Shown: positions 24,149-37,323 of the stretch, in pieces
How the letters are laid out: each line of letters begins with the position of its first letter
How positions within the stretch are numbered: the stretch's first letter is position 1
From: Mobula hypostoma
Taxonomy: Eukaryota
Reading direction: 5' to 3'
NCBI RefSeq assembly: GCF_963921235.1
Contig: NC_086097.1
Coordinates: 139,254,001-139,318,000, forward strand
DNA length: 64,000 nt
Made by a program: the position numbers and the translations under genes
Notes under the pieces: model-generated
What the model was told of the DNA's origin: nothing
Seen by the model: only the letters and a program-made list of their open reading frames with translations
Database searches by the model: none

Positions 24149-25847
24149 GTAAGTATTTCTTAAATTTTAATAATTTGGGATTAATTTTACACATTAAGTG
24201 TTACAGGTAATAACATAACTAATCATTTAATAAATTGCATGTTCTAAATGCTATTTACAAACAGTAAAATGATTTGAGATTGTTGTCCAGCCATTGAGAA
24301 ACAAAGTTATTATTTTTATAATTGGGTTGAAATCGCCATGGGTATTGATAGACAGTGAAAAACTTTATTTGCATGTCATCTAAACATTTAAACATCTAAA
24401 CTTCTTATCATTACGACTGTGCATTGAGGTAGAACAAGGGGAAACAATAACAGAATGCAGAATAAAGTGTTACAGTTACAGAGAAAATGCAGTGCAGGCA
24501 GACAATAAGGTGAAAGGTAAATTGTGATGTCAGGAGTCCATCTTAGTGTATGGGGACCATCTTATAATAGTGGGATTGACTGTCCTTGAGCCTGGTGGTA
24601 CATGCTTTCAATCATTTCTGTCTTTAGTCTGATAGAAGGGGAAGAAGTGAGAATGTCTGTGGTGGGTGGGGTCATTGAGTACAGGTAAGTTTACAACAAC
24701 CCTATTAGCATGACGGCCCACACAGTAGGATTCCTGATAGACTCAGCATTAGACCCAAATTTCCTCAAAAAGACTTATTGACAATTAGTTACTCTTTCTC
24801 ACTGGGAAATGCACCATAACAAAACCAACAGTTCTAAAAAAAAGGTTCCCCTCAGGAAACTGCAGTCTATAACCGGTACAGAAGGGGTAGCACACTTTCA
24901 GAGATGCTGTCCTTCAGATGTGTCATTGAATTGAAGCCTTGCCCAACTCCCATGGCCTTGATCAGTGAACAGCAGCTGCTGCCCTCCTGGATTCCCAGCC
25001 AATATTATGCCTCAGCCAAGTAAACCCACCCCAAACTGACATGGAAATAAAGGCCAGGTCTAACTCCTTGAACTTCATCTACAAACTCTGAGCTGCAGAG
25101 TTTCTAAAATGCACCATTAGACCTAACTCCTCCAGACAGTTCTTTTCCTTAAATCCGTCATTCCTATTGGGGCAAAGGCCATTGACAACAGTTCACAGGA
25201 GCTCCCTATCCTGGGCCAGTCTTTCAATTTATCCCCAGCAGTAGCCCATCTTTTTGATGCATCCTTCCTCTTCCAGGCATGAGGTCTTTGGAGCTCTTGT
25301 TGCTGTTTCTATAGTTCTGGGTTTTTACGGGATGGTGTTGCTAACTCTGTGCCCAAACCTCCTCCTTTCACCGCTGGGCTTGGGATCATCCATGGTGGAG
25401 TTCCAGGACAGTTAAGGAAGGGCAATAAATGCTGGCCAGATCCCAAAAATGATCATAAAACTGGCCTGGGCTTTTGGTTGTGTACCAAGGCACTGTGTGA
25501 GTGAGCATGCTCTCTATACGATGACTACTGTGGAAAACATTATCAGCTGTAAAGTTCTCCAGGACAACCTGAGTCTGTGAAAAAGATTCAGAACAGAATC
25601 CATTTCAAATAGCCTTGTATTCCTCCAACTGTAGAGAATGCTTCCTGAATAATCACTTGAAAAACTCACTGGATAGGCCATCAATCTCCAGATGAAGGAC
25701 TCTCCCTGATCTTTCTTATACAGTCTTTCTTAGAGATGTAAATCACAGAAGCATGCCCTTTGACGAAGTCTATGCTGACCAAGTTACTTACCTGAGCTTG
25801 TTTATTCTGTATACCTGCTCATTAATGCAAATTTCTCACCAGTCAAT

Positions 25848-27295
25848 CATAGAAACATAGAAACATAGAAACATAGAAAATAGGTGCAGGAGTAGGCCAT
25901 TCGGCCCTTCGAGCCTGCACCGCCATTTATTATGATCATGGCTGATCATCCAACTCAGAACCCAGCCTTCCCTCCATACCCCCTGACCCCTGTAGCCACA
26001 AGGGCCATATCTAACTTCCTTTTAAACATAGCTAATGAACTGGCCTCAACAGTTTGCTGTGGCAGAGAATTCCACAGATTCACCACTCTCTGTGTGAAGA
26101 AGTTTTTCCTAACCTCGGTCCTAAAAGGCTTCCCCTCTATCCTCAAACTGTGACCCCTCGTTCTAGACCTCCCCAACATCGGGAACAATCTTCCCGCATC
26201 TAGCCTGTCCAATCCCTTTAGGATCTTATACGTTTCAATCAGATCCCCCCTCAATCTTCTAAATTCCAACGAGTACAAGCCCAGTTCATCCAGTCTTTCT
26301 TCATATGAAAGACCTGCCATCCCAGGAATCAATCTGGTGAACCTTCTTTGTACTCCCTCTATGGCAAAGATGTCTTTCCTCAGATTAGGGGACCAAAACT
26401 GCACACAATACTCCAGGTGTGGTCTCACCAAGGCCTTGTACAACTGCAGTAGTACCTCCCTGCTCCTGTACTCGAATCCTCTCGCTATAAATGCCAGCAT
26501 ACCGTTCGCCTTTTTCACCGCCTGCTGTACCTGCATGCCCACTTTCAATGACTGGTGTATAATGACACCCAGGTCTCGTTGCACCTCCCCTTTTCCTAAT
26601 CGGCCACCATTCAGATAATAATCTGTTTTCCTATTTTTGCCACCAAAGTGGATAACTTCACATTTATCCACATTAAATTGCATCTGCCTTGAGTTTGCCC
26701 ACTCACCCAACCTATCCAAGTCACCCTGCATCCTCTTAGCATCCTCCTCACTGCTAACACTGCCACCCAGCTTTGTGTCATCCGCAAACTTGGAGATGCT
26801 GCATTTAATTCCCTCATCCAAGTCATTAATATATATTGTAAACAACTGGGATCCCAGCACTGAGCCTTGCGGTACCCCACTAGTCACCGCCTGCCATTCT
26901 GAAAAGGTCCCGTTTATTCCCACTCTTTGCTTCCTGTCTGCTAACCAATTCTCCACCCACACCAATACCTTACCCCCAATACCGTGTGCTTTAAGTTTGC
27001 ACACTAATCTCCTATGTGGGACCTTGTCAAAAGCCTTTTGAAAATCCAAATATACCACATCCACTGGTTCTCCCCTATCCACTCTACTGGTTACATCCTC
27101 AAAAAATTCTATGAGATTCGTCAGACATGATTTTCCTTTCACAAATCCATGCTGACTTTGTCCGATCATTTCACCGCTTTCCAAATGTGCTGTTATCACA
27201 TCCTTGATAACTGACTCCAGCAGTTTCCCCACCACCGACGTTAGGCTAACCGGCCTATAATTCCCCGGTTTCTCTCTCCCTCCTTTTTTAAAAAT
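25848..27295 (-). mobile_element. young 5'-truncated CR1 LINE with open RT
   Basis: ORF 25955..27310 NYRPVSLTSVVGK...GVPQGSVLG...KFADDTKLG; (tatgtttc)n 3' tail at 25848-25878. Confidence 0.96.
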
Positions 27296-27680
27296 CATGA
27301 GGGACTTCAATGCATAAAGACTTGGTCAAGAGGTTCAGTTACTGTTCCAACCCAACATCAGAATGAAAAAGAGATGTGATCTAAGTGACTTTGTCTGTAA
27401 AATGACTGTTAGTACCAGACAGGGTGATTTGAGTATCTCAGAAAATGCTGATTTCCTGGAATTTTTTTATGCACATCAGCCTCTGCAATTTATAGAGCAC
27501 GATGCAAAAAAACAAAAGTCAATGAGAGGTTATTCTATGGGCGTAAACACCTTGTTAATGAGAGAGGTCAGAGGAGGAGAGGAGGATGGCCAGATTGGTT
27601 CAAGCTGACAGGAAGATGACTGTAACCCAAATAACCATCTGTTACAACAGTGGTGTGCAGAAGAACATCTCTGAATATCA
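27296..27680 (+). mobile_element. Tc1-like transposon fragment
   Basis: MARLVQADRKMTVTQITICYNSGVQKNISE resembles a Tc1 transposase HTH region. Confidence 0.65.
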
Positions 27681-27981
27681 GATTAAAGTTTTACTATTCA
27701 GGTACCCATCCAAATGCCTTTTAAATGTCGTAATTGTGCCCTCCTATACCACTTCCTCTGGCAACCCTTTCCATCTATTCACCAGCCTCTGTGTGGAATA
27801 GATTGCTCCTCAGGACCCTCTTAAATCTTCCCCCTTGCGCTAAACCCTCTGTTCGTTAATAACACTTTGTGCCCTATCGACCGGTTGGAGACTGCCCGCT
27901 TATCGTTGCGGCTGTGATACGGGGTAGGGATGGATTTTAAGTCTAACAGTGAGACTCATAACAGAGTGCTCCTGCTTACAG

Positions 27982-28145
27982 GTGGTCCTATACCTGCATC
28001 AATTTGCTCACGTCTGTACAAGCCATGTTTCCGAAAGGGAGCAACTTCTTGCTGAGAACGATCCATCTGGGGAGGGAATCAGGCCAGGATTTCTTTGTGG
28101 ATACTGTTTACATCGGGCAGCATGCTGCAACCAGCAGTCAAGAAG
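27982..28145 (+). CDS. PKHD1L1: exon 12
   Basis: cag|GTGG...GAAG|gtactg; WSYTCINLLTSVQ...QDFFVDTVYIGQ; phase 2-1. Confidence 0.9.
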
Positions 28146-28679
28146 GTACTGGTATTTTGTATTTACAAACCTGAATGACAAACTAATGCTGGACAGAGTA
28201 GCCACATAATGCAGAATTCTAGTAGTATATGGTTAATGTTAATAACAAACCCTGGCCTTAGAAACACACAACAGGAGCTTCAAATACAGAGAGTCCTGTT
28301 GCTCTCTGCCATGTGCATGGTTCATCAGCTAAAGCACAGTTCCATCATCCATGCATCCCATGGTACAGGATGAGGGACTGACCCTGTGGTGTTGGGTCAG
28401 AGTATCCCGGGAATTATACTAAAGGTGGGTGAATGGAATATACCTTCACATCAGGCATGGTCTAATAGAGTGTTGAAGCAAGCTCAAGGGGCTGAATGGC
28501 CTCCTGCTATCCACCAGCTGCTGCCATGGTGTGGTTTGTGGACTGTTGAGTCCTGTCTGTGTTGGGTGAGCGGAGACCATGGTGCTCACAGCTGCCATAT
28601 AGTGTTCCTGTACAGAGGCCCACACTTCGCGAGCTACCTTGTCTGAAGTACCCAATTCACAGTTTCATGATTGAGATGA

Positions 28680-28990
28680 AACATCATCGGGTGCAGAGAC
28701 TGGCCCTTCAGCCCAACCAGTCTCTACTGACCATTAGCCCCCCCAACCCTAAATTTACTCCACATTCCCATCAACTTCCCCAAACTCTACCCCTCATCTA
28801 TTCTCAAGAGGCAACTTACAGCAGCCAATGAACCTTTCAACTTCCATGAGATGTGGGAAGAAATTCAAGCAGCCAAGAAAAGCCCATGTGATCTCAGGAG
28901 TGAAGGTGAAGAACTTGCAAGCCACACACAGCACCAGAAGTCCGGAATGAACCTGGTCCTCTGGTGCTGTGAGATGGCCGGACTACTGAC
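28680..28990 (-). mobile_element. degenerate SINE
   Basis: Reverse complement of the SINE family seen at 8965 and 52760. Confidence 0.5.
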
Positions 28991-29078
28991 GATGTTTCAC
29001 CATGTGCTCCCAGTTGTGCTGTTACCATGTTTCTGTTGGTATACTGTGCTGTTGGTGAGTGCCATTTTTAACTTGCAG

Positions 29079-29251
29079 ATTCTCCGATGAGAACACTCCC
29101 ACCACTGATTGCCGGAGGGATTATTATTCAGAAGTTCATCGTGACAGAGAATAGAAACATGAATGACGGTTCATCCACTGAATATGAGATAACTATGGTT
29201 CCCTTCAACTGTAGCTTCAACTTTCCTTTGCTAGAGATTGGCTTTGCTCAG
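29079..29251 (+). CDS. PKHD1L1: exon 13
   Basis: cag|AT...CAG|gtgagt; ...YEITMVPFNCSFNFPLLEIGFAQ; phase 1-0. Confidence 0.9.
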
Positions 29252-29672
29252 GTGAGTTTGACATGGACCCTATGGAAACCACAAAGCTCAGGTTTAAGAT
29301 GAGCGATACTTCCTACTTGCTTCTAAGTGTAGCTCTAACACTCTAACACAGCAGCTGCATTTACACCCAAAACTTCCGCTCAGTGGCTATACTGTGTTAC
29401 ACCTACAGCACACACCATCGTAACTTACTTCGCCAACACTGGGTTGCAGAAAGTGCAGACACAGCAGGAACACCTCCCAGACCTGCTGCCTCTGTTAGGT
29501 AAAGGGAACATCATCACCTGCAGGGATCTCTCCCCCCACCCCCACCACCACCAACAACCCATGCAAGTATATCATCCTTCATTGTTACTGATCTGAACTC
29601 TGCTCCACAGCATGTGGGAGCACCTTCACCTGAACTGCAAAACCCAAGGCAGTAGCTCCATGTGCTCCTGAA

Positions 29673-30530
29673 GTAGCTGATACTAGAGTCAATGGGACTA
29701 GAAACTCAGTCCTGTCTGTTACTGGAATTGATGGGTCAAGAACCTCGCTCATGACCATTACTGGAGATGATGGGACGAGAACCTCACTCATGACCGTTAC
29801 TGGAGATGATAGGACAAGAACCTCATTCATGACTATTACTGGAGATGATGGGATGAGAACCTCACTCATGACCATTACTGGAGATGATGGGACGAGAACC
29901 TCACTCATGACCATTACTGGAGATGATGGGACGAGAACCTCGCTCATGACCGTTACTGGAGATGATGGGACAAGAACCTCGCTCATGACCATTACTGGAG
30001 ATGATGGGACGAGAACTTCATTCATGACCATTACTGGAGATGATGGGACGAGAACCTCACTAATGACCGTTACTGGAGATGATGGGACGAGAACCTCACT
30101 CATGACCATTACTGGAGATGATGGGACGAGACCCTCACTAATGACCGTTACTGGAGATGATGGGACAAGAACCTCGCTCATGACCATTACTGGAGATGAT
30201 GGGACGAGAACCTCATTCATGACCGTTACTGGAGATGATGGGACGAGAACCTCACTAATGACCGTTACTGGAGATGATGGGACGAGAACCTCACTCATGA
30301 CCATTACTGGAGATGATGGGACGAGAACCTCATTCATGACCATTACTGGAGATGATGGGACGAGAACCTCACTAATGACTGTTACTGGAGATGATGGGAC
30401 GAGAACCTCACTCATGACCGTTACTGGAGATGATGGGACGAGAACCTCACTCATGACCATTACTGGAGTTGGTGGGTCTAGGGCAACTCTCCTGTTTGCT
30501 ATTGGAGTTGACAGCTCCAGAACCACCTTC
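29673..30530. repeat. 39-bp minisatellite, 18 near-perfect units plus ~4 degenerate flanking units
   Basis: Unit atgaccattactggagatgatgggacgagaacctcactc; core 29751-30452 = 18 x 39. Confidence 0.97.
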
Positions 30531-31376
30531 CCATCTGCAAACTCCATTTTATCCCAGCTCCTTCTAAGCACTGCCATGGACTTCTGATTACTCCATCCGC
30601 TGCTGGTAATCATCTTTTTCACTAAAATTAGTCCTACCTTTCCTCTTTCCTATGAACTGCTTCCCTATCAATCTCATTTCCAAGAGAAGTTGTTTTATGA
30701 ACAAAATTTCCATGGCTATGAAGCTGTTAAATCTCTGAGCAGATTTCCACATTATACTCTTCTTGTCTACTCACCTCCAGAATTAACGTGGCAGGGTGGA
30801 CCATGACATACTGTAATCCTCTATGATCCTGTGATTCCCCCACCCCAATCTCCCAGCTAACCCCTGTAAGGTGGAGACTCCTGGGTGAGCACAGGAGACC
30901 TAACAGGGCCAGGCCTACATTGTACACCACAGACTGCACCATTTTACACTCCTCTCCTTCTGCCAGAGGGCTCTGAGTTGCACTGGCAAAGGTGGAGGAG
31001 AGTTGCAACTGTTAGACAGTTCTCTGCAGCGGACTGCTGGGATTATCCTGGAGCTGGTGGATGCAGGGTGCATTTTGGGACAGGAACCGTAAAATGTGTC
31101 TGCCAGCCACTGATGGTGTGCATGACATGTTGGTGTAAGAGTTCCGTTCTGATTCCAGTGTTTCGTTGCATCCTCCCTCGGAGCAAAAATTCCCAGGACA
31201 TTCCCTATTATCTTACTGCTCCCCTGTGGATCTGTGCAACATTGGTATTATTGGCTGTGACAGACTGCGGCTCTCAGGTTTTCCCACCTCTGTTTGAGTG
31301 GAGATTGGGAGAAGCCCTGGACAGGGTCAGAATTCTGTGTTAGGAAGTATAACACATGCAGCTACTGTTTGTCTAG

Positions 31377-31524
31377 ATTGCATTCAACAGCTCTAAGGAC
31401 AGGGCTGCCTACAGGGGATCCACCTGGCCAAGTGAGTCCATTATAAGAGTGTGGAGAAGAGAGGCAGCATCTCCTCCCATCACTGGCACCATGGACATTC
31501 AGGCCTACGGTCAGCTGCTGAAGG
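31377..31524 (+). CDS. PKHD1L1: exon 14
   Basis: tag|ATT...AAGG|gtgagt; IAFNSSKDRAAYRGSTWPSESIIRVWRREAASPPITGTMDIQAYGQLLKG; phase 0-1. Confidence 0.88.
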
Positions 31525-31598
31525 GTGAGTTATGAGGGCTGGAAGGCTTTGGACACCAGCTCTGAATCTGCTTACCTGCTGGGAAACCTTGTCACATG

Positions 31599-31800
31599 GC
31601 AAACTGTTGAGGCCAGTTCATTGGCTATGTTTAAGAGGGAGTTAGATATGGCCCTTGTGGCTACAGGGGTCAGGGGGTATGGAGGGAAGGCTGGGTTCTG
31701 AGTTGGATGATCAGCCATGATCATAATAAATGGCGGTGCAGGCTCGAAGGGCCGAATGGCCTACTCCTGCACCTATTTTCTATGTTTCTATGTTTCTATG
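31599..31800 (+). mobile_element. CR1 3' end, same young subfamily as 25848..27295
   Basis: ~3 mismatches by eye versus the reverse complement of the 25848..27295 element's 3' end; (tatgtttc)n tail. Confidence 0.93.
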
Positions 31801-32984
31801 TTAAGTCTGGGATGTTCCATTGGTAAAGTCCCACACCCTGGGATAGTTCTGGATCTGCAGGTAAACTGGCGTAGTGGAGTTACAGGGTCATACAGCATGA
31901 AGACAAGCCTCTGACCAAAGTGCCTCCTTCAAGCTCACCTTATTTCCCAACATTAGGCCTATAACTTTCTAAGCCTTCTCTGTCCATATACCTGTGCAAC
32001 TGTCTTTTAAAAGTTATTGTATCTGTCTCAGCCACTACCCCTGGCAGTTCATTCCACGTACCTATCATCCTCTGGGCCTGTGGGAGGTGTGTCCTGTCAC
32101 ACTCAGCCAGCGATGTTTATGTCTTGTGGACGAAACCAGGACACACACAGCAGTTTACAAAGGAACAGCAAACAAGGTCTATTTGCTTTGTTTCCTGGTA
32201 AAACCTCAGAGATATTGGCTTCAGTTTTACCTTCTGCCTCACTTCAGAACAGCCTTGCCTGTCTCGATCGCCCGCTGGGGTTCAGGCTTGAAATCTGATC
32301 CTGTTCCCTGACGTCTGAGCCTGTGCATTGTTAGTTCAATTCGTACTCCTGAAACTTGTGGTCGCTGTCCAGGCAGGTTGTGGTCAGTGCTTGCAGACTA
32401 GTCAGACTATAACCCAGCTAAGACTACAGAGTGAGCACCCACCCCCAGCACACCAGAGAACCCTCAGCCTGGACAAACAGCATGACAAACTGTCCAGTCA
32501 GTCCTTTGCCATGAAAGAGGGAATAGGTGGGGCCACAGTCTCAGCAGATACCCCACCCACCAACTCAACTACTGGAGTTACCAGAGGGATCAGGTGGAAT
32601 GGAGAGGGAGAGAAAGAGTGCTCAGCCCTCTGGGAATGGGAAGATATTCTAGCAGGTGATTGGATGGATAGAACCTGTGTTAGGTGTCATTTTAGGATTG
32701 AACGGTTGGCACTAACAACCATGAGGACCTTTGCTGTTCCTGAGAAGGTAGTAAGTAAGACAAGGTGAGGGGGAGAAGAACATTTCCAACGGCAAACCCC
32801 AGCTCACCAGCTGCCAGGACCAGAACAGACACTTCCACAGTGGGAGAGTGACTGGAGGAGAGGGTGCTGGTCACTGGGGAGCTGGAGAGATACTGGAGGA
32901 GAAAATACTGGGCTGTAGAGGAGATGCATTGCCATACACTCCTGGACCTCTGTACCACTCTGATGTCTGTTTTTGGTTTTGAAG

Positions 32985-33139
32985 GATTGCCAGTCAATAT
33001 CTCTACCCTGGAAATGCAGTACAGCTTGCAAAGCATTCCTGAGATTGGGACTGTGGCCGTGCAGGGGGGAGGCAGCTGCTCCAGTTACCACTGGATAGTG
33101 ACGTGGCTGAACAAGGTTGGAAATCAGCGCTTGCTCCAG
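32985..33139 (+). CDS. PKHD1L1: exon 15
   Basis: aag|GA...CAG|gtgaga; LPVNISTLEMQYSLQSIPEIG...WIVTWLNKVGNQRLLQ; phase 1-0. Confidence 0.9.
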
Positions 33140-33274
33140 GTGAGAGGCAGACCCAGGTGGGACAAAAACAACACATCGTCCAATCTCCTGTTCTGACTGC
33201 AGTGGAACCAGGTGACAGGCAGATCTGGACAAGGGTCTGAGTGGCTTCATCCTTGTCACATCCCTGTTGTGTTC

Positions 33275-33697
33275 AATAGACAATAGGTGCAGGAGTAGGC
33301 CATTCAGCCCTTCGAGCCAGCACTGCCATTCACTGTGCTCATGGCTGATCATCCACAATCAGTACCCCTTTCCTGCCTTCTTCCCATATCCCTTGCCTCC
33401 GCTATCTTTAAGAGCTCTATTTAACTCTTCCTTGAAAGAATCCAGAGAATTTGCCTCCATTGCCTTCTGAGGCAGAGCATTCCACAGAACTACAACCCTC
33501 TGTGTGAAAAAGTTTTTCCTCAACACCGTTCTAAATTGTCTACCCCTTATTCTTAAACTGTGGCCTCTGGTTCTGGACTTACCCATCAGCGGGAATATGC
33601 TTCCTGCCTCCAGCGTGTCCAATCCCTTAATAATCTTATATGTTTCAATCAGATTCCCTCTCATCCTTCTAAATTCCAGTGTATACAAGCCCAGTTC
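33275..33697 (-). mobile_element. CR1 3' fragment
   Basis: LYTLEFRRMRGNLIETYKIIKGLD...FFTQRVVVLWNALP. Confidence 0.9.
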
Positions 33698-34278
33698 ATG
33701 AACTTCTCAACACTGCCCAATGTTGCAACTGGTCTGACCAGATGTATTGGATGTGATTGAGGCGGGAGGGTGGGGATAGGTTTTTAAACACTGGCCATAA
33801 CTGTGAGGGTCCTATTTGGCCCCTGTTCACTTTAAGTGAGTCACGCCACTGTCACTTCTCAATCGTGGTTCTCCATCCTGTCATGTGTCACCTCTTGATC
33901 CATGGTTCTCCCACTTGGAGAACAAGACAGCTGGTGCTCAGGTATCCGTTCCCTCCGAGTCCTTCTGCATATTGGCCATTCCTTCACCATCACTGAGTCG
34001 AAATCTTGGGATTCCGTACCTGATGGCATTGTGGGAGCACCTTCGCCTGAAGGGTTCCAGCAGTTCCAGGAGGCAACTCACCCTCACCTTCTCAAAGGCG
34101 TCAAGAATGGGAGTCAATGCTGGCCTCACCATAAATCCCCAGATCCTGATTATGGGAATGTATGGGGCTGCTGCCAGGAACTCCTGGTGGAATTTGTTGG
34201 ATAAAATCAAATAACCACAATTGGATCGCGACACTAAAAGTGTCAGATGTTGAAATATCTGCTGATCCTGTGTTGCAG

Positions 34279-34401
34279 GTTAATGATTCAAATGTTCACG
34301 GCGTCGATGCAAGAATCACCGTCACTGAGAATAAGCGCGGAGGTCAGTTTAGTCAGCGGCTGATTGGAGACCTGTTCCGCACACCACACGCTCTGCCCCA
34401 G
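34279..34401 (+). CDS. PKHD1L1: exon 16
   Basis: cag|GTT...CAG|gtaaac; VNDSNVHGVDARITVTENKRGGQFSQRLIGDLFRTPHALPQ; phase 0-0. Confidence 0.92.
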
Positions 34402-36429
34402 GTAAACTCAGCAACCTCGCCACACAAAGGCAGGGAACCTCGGCAAGTTGAGTTTATTGTCGTGTGTGCAGACACGGGGAGGTACAGGTACAGTGGAAAA
34501 CCTGCTTGCAGCAACACCACAGGCACAGAGGTGTAGACCACACACAGAACGTAAACCGTACCGAGCAGTAAAGAGAAAAACAAAGTATTAGTACAACAAA
34601 AAGCAGGCAAGTCCTTGGTAGTGCAGTGAGTGGTCTGTAGTGTTCTGTTGCTGAGGTAGGGTTAGAGTTGTATTGTCCTTCAAGCCTGCTTTGTAAGGAG
34701 ATATGGATATACGTATATTTGTGCATCCTCTCCATACACCCTCTCGTCGCACACCATCCCCGCCTAACCATCAAATCCCTTCACCCTTCGAAGATGCAAA
34801 GCACAGCACCATACAGCTGTGCACACCTCACACCCGAAGCAACTGGGAGCTGAGCGTTTCACTTCCATTTGTTGCCATTGTTTCCCATAGTGCAGAAAGC
34901 ATGTGTCGCCTTACCACGAACTAGGTCAGTGTCCTCTAAAACTGCAGGGTTCTAATAATGCTCTGAGGTCTCCAGCAATGAACAAGAACATCCACGTGCA
35001 CACACTTTGTCCTTCTCTCAAATTCAGAAACACTCAACAGACCGGCAGCAACTTTGGAAAGGAAGAATGAGCTGACGTTTCAAGTTCTACGAAAGATCTT
35101 TGTCTCTCCACAAACACTGCCTGACCCGCTGTATGTTTTCAGTGTTCTTTTCTCTTTCAGATTGCCAGCAGCTGCAGGGTCTGCTTTGGGTTACATTTCC
35201 TGGATGATCTGGTGGATCATAGTTTTAACTGTTGGAAATAATCCTCATCCCAAACTGGCAAGGTCTGTGTTAGATCTACAAATCAGGTTTCTGAGTTGGG
35301 AAGCAGAGGTTTGCAGTCCCTGCAGGGGAGTTCACCAGTTCTACCCATCTCTGAACATTCACCATGACCAGCTCACCTTCCAGTCTCACAGAGAATACTC
35401 CATATCTCCTTACAAAGCAGAAAAGCCCATTTGGTCCAATAAACACATGACAATACCCAGAGCAATCACATTCCTATTAATTATCCCTGTGAATTATTTT
35501 CCCTTCACTTCTATCAACTCCTCCCAGATTTAAAGTTCAAAGTAAATTTATTATCAAAGTTTGTATATGTCACCATGTATTACCTTGAGATTCATTTTCT
35601 CGTAGGCATTAGAACAAAGGAAAACAATAGAAACTACACACACAAACTGACAAAGAAACAATATGCAAAAGAAGGCAAACTGAAAAAAGCAACAAAACTA
35701 ATAATAAGTAATTAAGTAAATACAGGAAATAATACTGAGAACATGAGTTGCAGAGCCTTCGAAAGTAGGTCCATTGGTCAGAGTTGAGATGAGTGAAGTT
35801 ATCCATGCTGATTCAGGATGAAGGAACTTATCCTGAACCTGGTGGTGTGGGACCTAAGGCTCCTGTAACTTCTTCCCAAAGGCAGCAGTGAGAAGAGCTT
35901 GGCCTAAATGGTGGGTTCTATCACCCACCTGTACACTAGGGCACATTAACCCACCAACATGTTGTTGACATGGGGGAGAAAATGGGAGCACCTAGAGGAA
36001 AACTCAGGGAGAACTTGTAATCTCCACACAGGCACCACCAGAGGTCGGGATCAGACCCAAGTGTCTGAGCTGTGAGACAGCAGTGCTCACCGTCACAGTG
36101 TGAGTCAGTGGTGAACGCAGCTGCCCCACAGGAATGCCAGCTTCATAACAACTAACACACAGAAATTCCTGGAGGATCTCAGCAGGCCAGGTAGCATCTC
36201 TGGAGGTTAATAAACAGTCGATGAAGAGTTTTGGCCTGAACCGTCACTTGTTTATTTTCCTGCATAGAGTCTGAGTTCCTGCGGCACTTTGAGTGTTTTG
36301 CTCAAGGTTCCCAGCATCTGCAGAATCTCTTGTGTCTCTTCACAACAACTGGGCGCCTGTGAGCTTCACTGTGCAGTGACGCAAACTATCAGGACCACCT
36401 GGTCGTTCATGTCCTTTCCTTCCCCACAG

Positions 36430-36535
36430 GTTCAAGTTTTCATCAACAGCATTCCCAGCAAATGCTCTGGAGATTGTGGATACAGATGGACTTCTGCGAA
36501 AACCCCCGTCATTACAGGCATCAGCCCCAGCAGAG
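36430..36535 (+). CDS. PKHD1L1: exon 17
   Basis: cag|GTT...AGAG|gtatgt; VQVFINSIPSKCSGDCGYRWTSAKTPVITGISPSRG; phase 0-1. Confidence 0.93.
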
Positions 36536-37203
36536 GTATGTGTAAATTCAGGGACTGTCCAAAGGCCTGTTGTGTCTGAGCTACTCGCAGCAGGTGTACC
36601 CTTAAAACACTGGTGACTGCCATAAGGGATGGGGGTGGGAGAGGCCAATTTTCCCCTGTAGATTCCACCACTCAATTAAACCATGGCTAATCTGTCGGAT
36701 ACCGCTATTGTTTCACAGCACTAACACCTTTTCTGATCAATAATCTGCCTCTTGCACCTGTCCCAGTGGGTTACCCCAGATTTCGGCCCTACTCTGTGTG
36801 ATGAGCATACAGGACATGGAACGGTACAGCACAGCACAGGCCATTCGGCCCTGTGCCTCTCGAACTAGGGGCAGGATTTCAGCAGAAGAAATCACCTATT
36901 TCAGCTGGAGAGGAGGTGGAATTTCTCGTCTCAAAAGGGTTGTGAATCCTCTGCCCAGAGAACAGCGGAGGAGGGGCCAGTGACTGATGTTCTGGGGGAC
37001 TGTGAGGGGAGACTGGCATTGCAGTCATGACCAGATCACTGGAGCAGACTTGGGGGCTGAATAGACTACTCCTGTCGTGTTTCCTCTTATTATGTTCCAG
37101 CTCCAGGTTCATCGCTTTCCACCGTGGGCACAACCCTCAGTACGGCCCCCTCAAGCCTGCAGTGACTGTGACCAAAGAGTAATTTTGCCCTTTGCTCCCA
37201 CAG

Positions 37204-37323
37204 GTTCCTCTGTTTCAGGCACAGTCCTGACTATATCAGGCTTCCGATTCGCCAACAGTTCAAAGACTGACACCACCCGCGTTCTGGTTGGAGGAGCCGA
37301 ATGTCCAATCACAGGACTGACTG
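37204..37323 (+). CDS. PKHD1L1: exon 18, IPT/TIG
   Basis: cag|GT...ACTG|gtgagc; SSVSGTVLTISGFRFANS...VLVGGAECPITGLT; phase 1-1. Confidence 0.9.

Noticed and set aside
29601..29655. Good-looking acceptor ctccacag| at 29610 feeding the 39-bp repeat ORF
   Set aside because: Phase 0 entry from exon 13 reaches TAG after 14 codons and is not the repeat frame.
29673..30530. CRISPR-like array
   Set aside because: Head-to-tail tandem units with no unique spacers, no cas genes and a vertebrate intronic context.
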